Positions 1 to 7,735 of a stretch of DNA of 64,000 nucleotides are shown here, one piece after another. Below the pieces are notes generated by a model that was not told the DNA's origin, did not search any database, and was given only the letters and a program-made list of their open reading frames with translations. The position numbers and the translations under genes were made by a program. How positions within the stretch are numbered: the first letter of the stretch is position 1; each line of letters starts with the position of its first letter. Origin of the DNA: Patescibacteria group bacterium (GTDB taxonomy: Bacteria; Patescibacteriota; Minisyncoccia; Phycocordibacterales; JAKAEA01); contig JAZKCY010000001.1 in NCBI GenBank assembly GCA_040387855.1, positions 718,922 to 782,921 of the forward strand. Direction: 5' to 3'.

Positions 1-274
1 GAGCTAGATCAGGTGTGAGGTAAATTTGATATGAAGGATTAAGTGTTGCATTTCCATCCGGTGCTTCAATAGCTTCAAGTAATGAATCAGTCATGAGAAT
101 ACTATCAACCTCGAGCTTATCGAGAATTGACGCAACCATACTTTCTTCCTGAAGGATAAGCGCTGCAAGCAAGTGCAATGGATTAACGTGATTTTGACCA
201 CGTTCAATCGCAAGCTCATGTGCCCGTCGGATAGCCTCTTTGGCTTTTGTCGTAAAATTACTTAGTGGTGGCAT
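1..274 (-). CDS. Clp-family AAA+ chaperone ATPase (ClpB/ClpC-like), N-terminal fragment; the gene runs off the window start
   Basis: The reverse-strand translation from ATG at 274 reads MPPLSNFTTKAKEAIRRAHELAIERGQNHVNPLHLLAALILQEE..., a typical Clp_N repeat (the 'HVNPLHLLAAL' motif). It is in frame all the way to position 1 and is absent from the ORF track because it is truncated. Confidence 0.7.
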   Translation of the reverse strand, partial: MPPLSNFTTKAKEAIRRAHELAIERGQNHVNPLHLLAALILQEESMVASILDKLEVDSILMTDSLLEAIEAPDGNATLNPSYQIYLTPDLA

Positions 275-357
275 GAATGTGGTTATTAAAGGCTAATGCA
301 ATAACTCGTTTCAGAAATCAGTATATTAGCAATGACTTATTTGTCTTTCGGGAGCTG

Positions 358-1539
358 TTATTGTGTAATAATTATATTCGTTATTTTCTTCAAAGTCAAA
401 TCAAGATCTTTCTTTGTTGTAGCACGTCCAAATGTAAATCGTAGTGATGATGCTCGACACTGTTTCCCCCGTTCTCCGAGAGCATCAACAACATATGAAT
501 ACGACTCTTCTGAAAGATTCATACACGAACTAGCCGACGAACAAGCGATTCCTTCATGATCAAGCTTGATTACTGCAAATTCTGCATCAAGTCCCGGAAT
601 ACATATATTCACATTGTTTGGCAATCGTCGTGTGATGTCTCCATTAATAGAGACGTCGGGTATATATTTTATTACAGACTGGATAAAATATTCTTGAAGT
701 TTTGCTAAACGTTCTGATTCTTCTTCACGCATTGCATGAGAGATTTTTAACGCTTCAGTCATTCCTACAATTCCAGCTACGTTTTCTGTGCCTGATCGCA
801 ATCCTTTTTCTTGGCCTCCTCCCCGAATGATTGGCGAAAGTAACACATGTCGCTTTGCAGCAAGAAGTCCAACACCTTTTGGTCCATAGAGTTTTGATGC
901 ATCAAGGGTCATCATATCTACTCCAAGCTTTTGAAAACTAATATCAAGATAATTTGCAGCTTGGCTCGCATCAGTGTGAAGATACGGATAGGCATTATCA
1001 AGATTATTCTCTTTTTTATATTCAGCAATCATTCGTGAAATTTCTTTTACGGGCTGAATAGTTCCAATTTCATTACTTGCAAGAATTATTGTTACGAGAA
1101 CTGTAGTTGGCTTTAATGCTGCTTTAATCTTTGTAGGATCAACAATTCCATTTTCTTCAACTGGCACATACGTTACTTCCCCGCCTTCTTTCTCTATAAA
1201 TCTACACATTTCTAAAATCCCCGGATGCTCTATATTTGTAGTAATAATATGAGGCTTACTGTCTTTTAATTCTTTTTTCCAATAATTAAATGTACCCAAT
1301 ACAGCAAGATTATCAGCTTCAGTTCCACTTGCAGTAAAAATAATTTCTTCAGCTTTGCAATTTAAAATCTGAGCAATATCTACTCGTGCCTGCTTTACAG
1401 GTGCTTTAGCCTCAAGTCCTTCCTTATATATAGCAGAAGGATTTCCAAAGGTTTCAGAGAAATAAGGAAGCATGGCTTTCAACACTCGTTTGTCGAGCGG
1501 TGTTGTGGAAGCATAATCTAAAAATATTCGTTTACTCAT
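358..1539 (-). CDS. cysteine desulfurase (class V aminotransferase, IscS/NifS family)
   Basis: The 393-aa product has the N-terminus 'IFLDYASTTPLDKRV', a PLP-lysine region 'DASKLYGPKGVGLL', and family-wide similarity. Confidence 0.9.
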   Translation of the reverse strand: MSKRIFLDYASTTPLDKRVLKAMLPYFSETFGNPSAIYKEGLEAKAPVKQARVDIAQILNCKAEEIIFTASGTEADNLAVLGTFNYWKKELKDSKPHIITTNIEHPGILEMCRFIEKEGGEVTYVPVEENGIVDPTKIKAALKPTTVLVTIILASNEIGTIQPVKEISRMIAEYKKENNLDNAYPYLHTDASQAANYLDISFQKLGVDMMTLDASKLYGPKGVGLLAAKRHVLLSPIIRGGGQEKGLRSGTENVAGIVGMTEALKISHAMREEESERLAKLQEYFIQSVIKYIPDVSINGDITRRLPNNVNICIPGLDAEFAVIKLDHEGIACSSASSCMNLSEESYSYVVDALGERGKQCRASSLRFTFGRATTKKDLDLTLKKITNIIITQ

Positions 1540-1566
1540 ATATATAATGTGCTACTATAGGATATC

Positions 1567-2055
1567 ATGCCTTTTGTTCTTACACCCACCATACTTATTT
1601 ATATACTAGCTGCAGTTCTCGGTATTTTTATTATTATCCTTCTTGTATGGATGAATAAAATGAATAACCGCCTCAAAGGATTGCTCCGAGGTAAGAATGC
1701 ACTCACCCTTGAAGATTCGATTGGTAACATTACCAAAGAATTGCAGGATCTCAAACTTTTCACAAAAGAGATGGAAGAATATCTCACAACTGTTGAAACT
1801 CGACTGAAAAATAGTTTGCAAGCTGTAGAGACAATTCGTTTCAACCCATTTAAAGGAACTGGATCTGGCGGCAATCAAAGTTTCTCTACTTCTTTCATAA
1901 ATGAACACGGCGACGGTGTTGTGCTTACAAGTATGTATACTAGAGATCGTATCAGCATGTTTGCTAAGCCTCTCAAGAAATTTGAATCAGAATTTGAACT
2001 TTCTGAAGAAGAACTCGAAGCAATTGAAACCTCTAAGAAGAAGCTCGAGAAGTAA
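1567..2055 (+). CDS. hypothetical membrane-anchored coiled-coil protein (DUF4446-like architecture)
   Basis: The 162-aa product has an N-terminal TM helix 'ILIYILAAVLGIFIIILLVW' followed by a charged helical region. The ORF fills the gap between the cysteine desulfurase gene and infB. Confidence 0.6.
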   Translation: MPFVLTPTILIYILAAVLGIFIIILLVWMNKMNNRLKGLLRGKNALTLEDSIGNITKELQDLKLFTKEMEEYLTTVETRLKNSLQAVETIRFNPFKGTGSGGNQSFSTSFINEHGDGVVLTSMYTRDRISMFAKPLKKFESEFELSEEELEAIETSKKKLEK

Positions 2056-2097
2056 AAACTGGCCAATTAGAGCATTTTGTAGTATTATGTTTCAACT

Positions 2098-3597
2098 ATG
2101 GCAGAAAAAACAACTCTCATTGAACGTCCTCCGGTAATTGCCATCATGGGCCATGTTGACCACGGGAAATCAACGTTGCTCGACTATATCCGAAAGACTA
2201 ATATTGTAGAAGGTGAAGCGGGTGGAATTACCCAGCGTATTTCTGCATATGAAGTAATGCACAAAGGTGCAGATGGTAAAGAGCATGCTATTACATTTCT
2301 TGATACTCCTGGTCACGAAGCGTTCACCGCTATTCGATCACGAGGCGCAAAAGTAGCAGACATTGCTATTCTTGTTGTGTCTGCTGAAGACGGAGTGAAG
2401 CCTCAAACTATTGAAGCTCACAAAATTATCGTTGCTGCAGGAATCCCATTTATTGTTGCTATTAATAAGATTGATAAAGAAGGTGCAGACATTGATAAAA
2501 CTAAAGTAAGTCTTGCTGAAGCAGGAGTATACGTAGAAGGATTTGGTGGAGATATTTCTTTTGTACCTATTTCTGCAAAGACTGGTCAGGGCGTTTCTGA
2601 TCTTTTGGATATGGTACTTCTCCAAGCTGAACTTGAGGCTCTTCAGGGTGATCGATCTGTTCCTGCTGAAGGAATTATTATCGAAGCAAACCTTGATAAG
2701 CGAAAAGGAATCTCAGCTACAATCATAATCAAGAACGGAACACTCAAGACCGGACAGTTTGTCCTTGCTGATACTGCTATTGTTCCTGTACGAATGGTAG
2801 AAAACTTTTTGGGTAAGCCTATAAAAGAAGCAACCTTCTCAAATCCCATTCGACTCATTGGATGGAGTGAACTTCCAAAAGTTGGAACCTCAATCTTTTC
2901 TGTGAGTTCAAAGAAAGAAGCAGATCAACTTATTCTTGATCGAAAAAATGGTAAAGCTCCATTAAAGAACACTCCTGTTAAAGAAACAGATGAAGCAGTT
3001 ATCCCTATTGTACTCAAGGCTAATGAAGCTGGAGGTCTTGAAGCTCTTGAACATGAAATCAAAAAAGTAAAAAACGACCGGGTGCGAATTAAGATAATTT
3101 CTAGTGGGGTTGGAGATATTACAGAAAACGATGTGAAGCTTGCTAGTGGCCGTGAAAACACTATTGTTCTTGGATTTAATCTTAAAGTAGATGCACAAGC
3201 AAAGTCTTTAGCTGAGAAAACAGGAGTTGTTATTCAGACATTTGATATTATATACAAGCTTTCTGAATGGCTTGAAAATGCAATCAATGAACGAACTCCA
3301 CGAATGAATGTAGAAGAAGCTACAGGAACTGCAAAAGTTATTCGTCTTTTTAGTAAGACTAAGGATAAACAGGTGCTTGGAGGTAAAGTAGAAAAAGGAG
3401 TAATTATGTTGAATGCCGAAGTTAAAATCTTACGACGTGATTTTGAAGTTGGCCGTGGACGAGTACGAGAACTTCAGCATCTTAAAAACAAAGCGACAGA
3501 AGTACCAGAAGGAAAAGAATTTGGCGCACTCGTTGAATCAAAGATTGAAATCGCTCCTGGCGATCGTCTTGAAGCATTTAATGTTGTTCAAAAATAA
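2098..3597 (+). CDS. infB: translation initiation factor IF-2 (short form without the N-terminal extension)
   Basis: G-domain motifs 'AIMGHVDHGKSTLLD', 'DTPGHEAF' and 'NKIDK' are present, and the C-terminal IF-2 domains are conserved. The length is 499 aa. Confidence 0.93.
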   Translation: MAEKTTLIERPPVIAIMGHVDHGKSTLLDYIRKTNIVEGEAGGITQRISAYEVMHKGADGKEHAITFLDTPGHEAFTAIRSRGAKVADIAILVVSAEDGVKPQTIEAHKIIVAAGIPFIVAINKIDKEGADIDKTKVSLAEAGVYVEGFGGDISFVPISAKTGQGVSDLLDMVLLQAELEALQGDRSVPAEGIIIEANLDKRKGISATIIIKNGTLKTGQFVLADTAIVPVRMVENFLGKPIKEATFSNPIRLIGWSELPKVGTSIFSVSSKKEADQLILDRKNGKAPLKNTPVKETDEAVIPIVLKANEAGGLEALEHEIKKVKNDRVRIKIISSGVGDITENDVKLASGRENTIVLGFNLKVDAQAKSLAEKTGVVIQTFDIIYKLSEWLENAINERTPRMNVEEATGTAKVIRLFSKTKDKQVLGGKVEKGVIMLNAEVKILRRDFEVGRGRVRELQHLKNKATEVPEGKEFGALVESKIEIAPGDRLEAFNVVQK

Positions 3598-3599
3598 CA

Positions 3600-3926
3600 A
3601 TGGCCTCAGAATTTCGAACACAAAAAGTTGAAGAAACCCTTATGCATCTTGCTGCAGAATTTTTGCAGCGAGAATCAAATAGAATTTCTCTTATTACAGT
3701 TACCGGTATAAAACTTGCTGATAGATACACAAAAGCTGTTATACTGTTGAGTGTACTCCCCGACCATAAGGCTCCAGAGGCGCTTGACTTTGTACGTCGA
3801 AAAAGGTCAGAATTCAAGGAGTACATCAAGAAGCATAGTAAATTGCAGCGGCTTCCGTTGGTGGATTTCGAAATCGATTATGGTGAAAAGAATCGACAGC
3901 GTATTGAAGAGATAAGTAATCAGTAG
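3600..3926 (+). CDS. rbfA: ribosome-binding factor A
   Basis: The 108-aa product has RbfA-like sequence ('RISLITVTGIKLADRYTKAVILLS') and sits immediately downstream of infB in the conserved infB-rbfA arrangement. Confidence 0.85.
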   Translation: MASEFRTQKVEETLMHLAAEFLQRESNRISLITVTGIKLADRYTKAVILLSVLPDHKAPEALDFVRRKRSEFKEYIKKHSKLQRLPLVDFEIDYGEKNRQRIEEISNQ

Positions 3927-3932
3927 TATTGT

Positions 3933-4006
3933 GGTGTAGTGGCGAAGCTGGTTAACGCGGCAGTCTGCAAAACTGCTATGCGCCGGTTCGATCCCGGCCT
4001 ACACCT
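3933..4006 (+). tRNA. tRNA-Cys (anticodon GCA)
   Basis: Manual cloverleaf. Acceptor ggtgtag/ctacacc; anticodon stem gcagt/actgc with loop ctGCAaa; T-loop ttcgatc; U73 discriminator as expected for Cys. CCA is not encoded. Confidence 0.85.
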
Positions 4007-4021
4007 CCGTTAGTAAAATAT

Positions 4022-4103
4022 GCCCGAGTGGTGGAATTGGTATACACGCACGACTTAAAATCGTGTCTCGCAAGGGATGTGGGTTCGACTCCCACCTCGG
4101 GCA
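4022..4103 (+). tRNA. tRNA-Leu (anticodon TAA), type II with long variable arm
   Basis: Acceptor gcccgag/ctcgggc; anticodon stem cacga/tcgtg with loop ctTAAaa; long variable arm; T-arm gtggg-ttcgact-cccac. Confidence 0.85.
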
Positions 4104-4114
4104 CAGATAAAATC

Positions 4115-6511
4115 ATGACTTCATTAAAGAAGAAGCCAATTATTGCATTTGATGGAACATGTCCAATGTGTACTGTTGTAGTGGACACCATCGATTCTTC
4201 TTCTCAAGTTAAAAGTTTCGAAAAGCAAGATACGAATTCTGGTCCAGAAATCTTATATACAGATATATCTGGGAATACATATAGAGGATCACATGCTATT
4301 TTAAAAATACTTGCCCACTATCCTCGTTTTAAATGGGTTGCACAGATCGGCTCTCTTCCAATCATTAGAAATATTCTTTCTATTGGATATAAACTCGTTG
4401 CTCACAATAGACATTTCATCTTTGGTCCTACGAGCACTTTGTTTTGGGTAAAGAATAGCATTGCAGTTGCGACAATCATTGGCCTTTTAGGATCTATTTA
4501 CCTCTGGATTGGAGAGCGCACATTCCCCTACTTGCCTGTCGTTAAAAATACGTCATTATCGTACCCATTTGATGTACTCTTATTTATAATAATTTTGATA
4601 TCACTTTTGGTAAGTCTATTTAGCGCATACCCCAAAAAATATCTACTTATTAGCGGTGCTGGAATTATCATCTTTGCATTATTTGATCAGGCACGATGGC
4701 ATCCTTGGGTATATCAGTACGTATGGATGATTGGAATTCTTGCACTCTTTTCTTGGAAACATTCAGATACAGAAAATCACAATAGTATTATAAAAATATG
4801 CCAACTAATAATTGGTAGTATCTATATATGGAGTGGAATTCAAAAAATAAATCCAAGTTTTATTCTTGAAGTATTCCCGTGGCTAGTACAACCAATTACT
4901 CAATTTTTACCAAATAGCATTTATCCAGTTATTTTACTTTCATCGGTATTCACACCATTTATTGAACTTGGAATTGGTCTTGCATTACTTTCAAAGAAGT
5001 TTAGAAAAATCGGAATAATTGGAGCTATTAGCATGCATCTATTGATTCTTACAACTCTAGGTCCATTAGGACATGGTGTAAATGCTATTATCTGGCCCTG
5101 GAATATTGTAATGATTGTGCTTGTACTCATACTCTTTTCAAAAAGCACATATTCATTTAGAGATATTTTACTTCCAAAAAAAGGTGTAGCTCACAAAGTG
5201 TCGCTTGTAACATTCTTAATAATTCCTTTCTTTAGCTTTATTGGTATTTGGGATTCATATCTTTCATTTGCCTTATACTCAGGCAATGCACCTCAGGCAC
5301 ATTTATATGTTTCGGATGCTGTAAAACCATTATTGCCATCGATTATTCAGGCAAATACAGTTGCACTTGAAAAAAATGGAATGAACGAGATAAGCATCTA
5401 CAAATGGTCTATGCAAGAACTCAATGTTCCTCAGTATCCTGAAGAGCGAATATATAGGAATGTAGCAAAGTATGTATGTTTGTTTGCCACAAAACCTTCA
5501 GATGTTCAGCTTTCTCTTGTAAGTAAGCGTAATATTTTTACTGGAGAGCGTACTACTAAAGAAATCGAATGTAGTTCAATGTTTGTTACTCCTCTTTCTT
5601 CAAATGAATATATTGATTTTAAAAACAAGCTACTAGGTATTTTAGCTACATCCTCACCTCGTGAAGCTATGTCTACATTGTTACTTGATTCAAAGACAAA
5701 TCCCGAAATTGCGCGAAGCTGTCATTCATTTGCACATGCTATTGGTCATGGAGCATACCTAAAATATAAAGATTTTTCTGAAGCATTAGTCTATCTCAAT
5801 GAAGCATGTAATTCTGGCTATATTCATGGAGTTATAGAAGAATATTTTATTCAAACCGAAGATGATGATGCCGGAATAGAAGGGATTAAAAAAGTCTGTG
5901 GATCATATCCTCAAGGTACGTTTAAAAGCTGGCAATGCTATCACGGCACAGGTCATGGCTTTATGTTTTATACAGAAAACGATTTACCTAAATCGTTAGA
6001 ATTTTGTTCTACGTTTAGTTCAAACTTTGCAGAAGAAAACTGTATGAATGGAGTACTTATGGAAAACTTTAATACAACAGATAAAATGCATCCTTCTCTC
6101 TTTATTAAACCTGATAGCTATTATCCATGTGATACATCTCTCATAGCTGATGGCATAAAAGATGATTGTTATGCGTATGCACCTTCATGGTTCCTATCTC
6201 AACATCCTAATGATTATTCTTTAGCATTACAGTGGTGTCAGACTGTAGATACTAAATATCGCGGCTCTTGTTATTTTGGTGTTGGAAATCAAGCTGCAAA
6301 AGATCTCGTTAATAATCCAAAAGAAGTAGAGAATATTTGTAATGGTGCGCCTATTCTCTACAAACAATCATGTATTATAGGAATGTCACAAATGCAGGTG
6401 CTTTACCATGCATCTCCCACAACAGCGCGTGAAGTGTGTTCTATACTCGAGATAAAAAACCAAAACTATTGTTATAAAACAGTTGAAAGCACTGAGTACT
6501 TATTTAAATAA
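4115..6511 (+). CDS. multidomain membrane protein: N-terminal DCC-family thiol-disulfide oxidoreductase (DUF393), HTTM-like polytopic membrane domain, and C-terminal Cys/His-rich ~45-aa repeats
   Basis: The track ORF starts at 4028 inside tRNA-Leu, so I moved the start to the ATG at 4115 (MTSLKKKPIIAFDGTCPMC...). The DCC signature is 'FDGTCPMC'. About 8-9 TM helices follow, and then about 6 repeats of the form x2-C-x3-G-x-G-(H), for example 'SCHSFAHAIGHGAY', 'QCYHGTGHGFMF' and 'SCYFGVGNQAA'. Confidence 0.75.
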   Translation: MTSLKKKPIIAFDGTCPMCTVVVDTIDSSSQVKSFEKQDTNSGPEILYTDISGNTYRGSHAILKILAHYPRFKWVAQIGSLPIIRNILSIGYKLVAHNRHFIFGPTSTLFWVKNSIAVATIIGLLGSIYLWIGERTFPYLPVVKNTSLSYPFDVLLFIIILISLLVSLFSAYPKKYLLISGAGIIIFALFDQARWHPWVYQYVWMIGILALFSWKHSDTENHNSIIKICQLIIGSIYIWSGIQKINPSFILEVFPWLVQPITQFLPNSIYPVILLSSVFTPFIELGIGLALLSKKFRKIGIIGAISMHLLILTTLGPLGHGVNAIIWPWNIVMIVLVLILFSKSTYSFRDILLPKKGVAHKVSLVTFLIIPFFSFIGIWDSYLSFALYSGNAPQAHLYVSDAVKPLLPSIIQANTVALEKNGMNEISIYKWSMQELNVPQYPEERIYRNVAKYVCLFATKPSDVQLSLVSKRNIFTGERTTKEIECSSMFVTPLSSNEYIDFKNKLLGILATSSPREAMSTLLLDSKTNPEIARSCHSFAHAIGHGAYLKYKDFSEALVYLNEACNSGYIHGVIEEYFIQTEDDDAGIEGIKKVCGSYPQGTFKSWQCYHGTGHGFMFYTENDLPKSLEFCSTFSSNFAEENCMNGVLMENFNTTDKMHPSLFIKPDSYYPCDTSLIADGIKDDCYAYAPSWFLSQHPNDYSLALQWCQTVDTKYRGSCYFGVGNQAAKDLVNNPKEVENICNGAPILYKQSCIIGMSQMQVLYHASPTTAREVCSILEIKNQNYCYKTVESTEYLFK

Positions 6512-7546
6512 AATATAGTTATATATATTTTTTATATCTTGCTTGAGCTCATCTGCAATATACAGATAATTATAAGGTTTAATTCTCTCTTCATATCTAA
6601 GTAATTTCTGCACAATATAAACTGTCGCAACTCCTAATACGAGCCCAGCAATAATATCGATGCCATAGTGTTGAATCGTAAATAGTGTCCCTAGCATATT
6701 TAAGATAAACCAAGGCACTAGAATATATCCTGAAGGCCTCCAAAGGCTCATAGCTGCATATAAAACGAGTATTGCCCATACAATGTGCATGCTTGGATTT
6801 GTGCTTACACTTAGCAATTTTCCAGCTGGATCAATCCAAAAACTGTCTATCTTGTCTATTTCTTGTGTGAGGTTCTCTGACAGCTTCATATTTTCTACTG
6901 AAGCCTGAATGTCAGAACTTATTGGCGCATTCAAAATATTTAATCTATACATTTCACTTGGAGCGATAGATGGCCATAATGCCCAGCATGCATACCCAAG
7001 TACATGTGAAATAAAAATACTTAAGATAAGTATTCTAAATACTTTCTTATTCATGCAGAATGCAAATACAAGAACTCCTAAGAGCAACAAAAATGCAGCA
7101 TGATATGAATACACTATAAGCATCTCTAAGAATACTGGATATGATATAGAGTGAATAAAAAAAGCTGGGTATACTCCAAATATCTTTTTATCAAGCATCA
7201 TGTACCAGTTACTTATTTCTGTAACTCTTTCAACAGATTGATGAGCAAATAAATAAAGAGTTGATAGTGCTAAAGTCACTAGTTCTAAAGACACAATACC
7301 TACAAGAACGATGCCACTCACAACTAGCTTCACAACAACATTATAAGAATGTTTATGCGCCACAAGCCATAAAGATTTTAAAACTACATAGCAGGCAATA
7401 CTCGCAATAAATACAGAGAGTAATACAATGAGATCGCCCGACAACGGTACCGTGTTTTTTGATCCATCAAAAAATATAAACAGTAAGAAAAGAACTGCGG
7501 GCACAACAATACAGTATAGTTCTAAGGGAAACTTACGTAACCACAT
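6500..7546 (-). CDS. PAP2-superfamily integral membrane protein (phosphatidic-acid-phosphatase / sphingolipid-phosphotransferase-like)
   Basis: The 348-aa polytopic product carries the PAP2 C2 and C3 motifs 'PSMH' and 'HYGIDIIAG'. Its 3' end overlaps the convergent upstream gene by 12 nt. Confidence 0.55.
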   Translation of the reverse strand: MWLRKFPLELYCIVVPAVLFLLFIFFDGSKNTVPLSGDLIVLLSVFIASIACYVVLKSLWLVAHKHSYNVVVKLVVSGIVLVGIVSLELVTLALSTLYLFAHQSVERVTEISNWYMMLDKKIFGVYPAFFIHSISYPVFLEMLIVYSYHAAFLLLLGVLVFAFCMNKKVFRILILSIFISHVLGYACWALWPSIAPSEMYRLNILNAPISSDIQASVENMKLSENLTQEIDKIDSFWIDPAGKLLSVSTNPSMHIVWAILVLYAAMSLWRPSGYILVPWFILNMLGTLFTIQHYGIDIIAGLVLGVATVYIVQKLLRYEERIKPYNYLYIADELKQDIKNIYNYILFK

Positions 7547-7616
7547 ATAGAGATTAGTATACCTGAACTTTAGCGAATATGGATTTTTTCACCATAATAT
7601 GTTATAAATTTTCTAC

Positions 7617-7689
7617 CCGCCCATAGCTCAGTTGGTAGAGCAGTCGCCTCTTAAGCGAATGGTCGTAGGTTCGACTCCTACTGGGCGGA
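7617..7689 (+). tRNA. tRNA-Lys (anticodon CTT)
   Basis: Acceptor ccgccca/tgggcgg (C1-G72); D-arm gctc-agttggtag-gagc; anticodon loop ctCTTaa; T-arm gtagg-ttcgact-cctac; discriminator A. The body is near-identical to canonical bacterial tRNA-Lys. Confidence 0.8.
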
Positions 7690-7693
7690 CAAT

Positions 7694-7735
7694 ACAACAA
7701 CCGTACACATATGTGTACGGTTGTTTGTTTCTTAT
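7694..7735. terminator. bidirectional rho-independent terminator
   Basis: A perfect palindrome 'acaaccgtacacatatgtgtacggttgt' is followed by tgtttgtttctt. It lies between tRNA-Lys on the + strand and the 3' end of the convergent 7735..10671 gene. Confidence 0.7.

Noticed and set aside
1599-1908. Two ORFs (91 and 100 aa) antisense to the 1567..2055 gene
   Set aside because: There is no independent support. The sense-strand ORF has a TM anchor and continuous operon context.
4028-4114. Track ORF start at 4028 for the large DCC/HTTM protein
   Set aside because: It would translate straight through tRNA-Leu(TAA) (4022-4103). The in-frame ATG at 4115, just after the tRNA, is the plausible start.
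3976-4191. 71-aa ORF on the minus strand
   Set aside because: It overlaps tRNA-Cys and tRNA-Leu on the opposite strand. Spurious.
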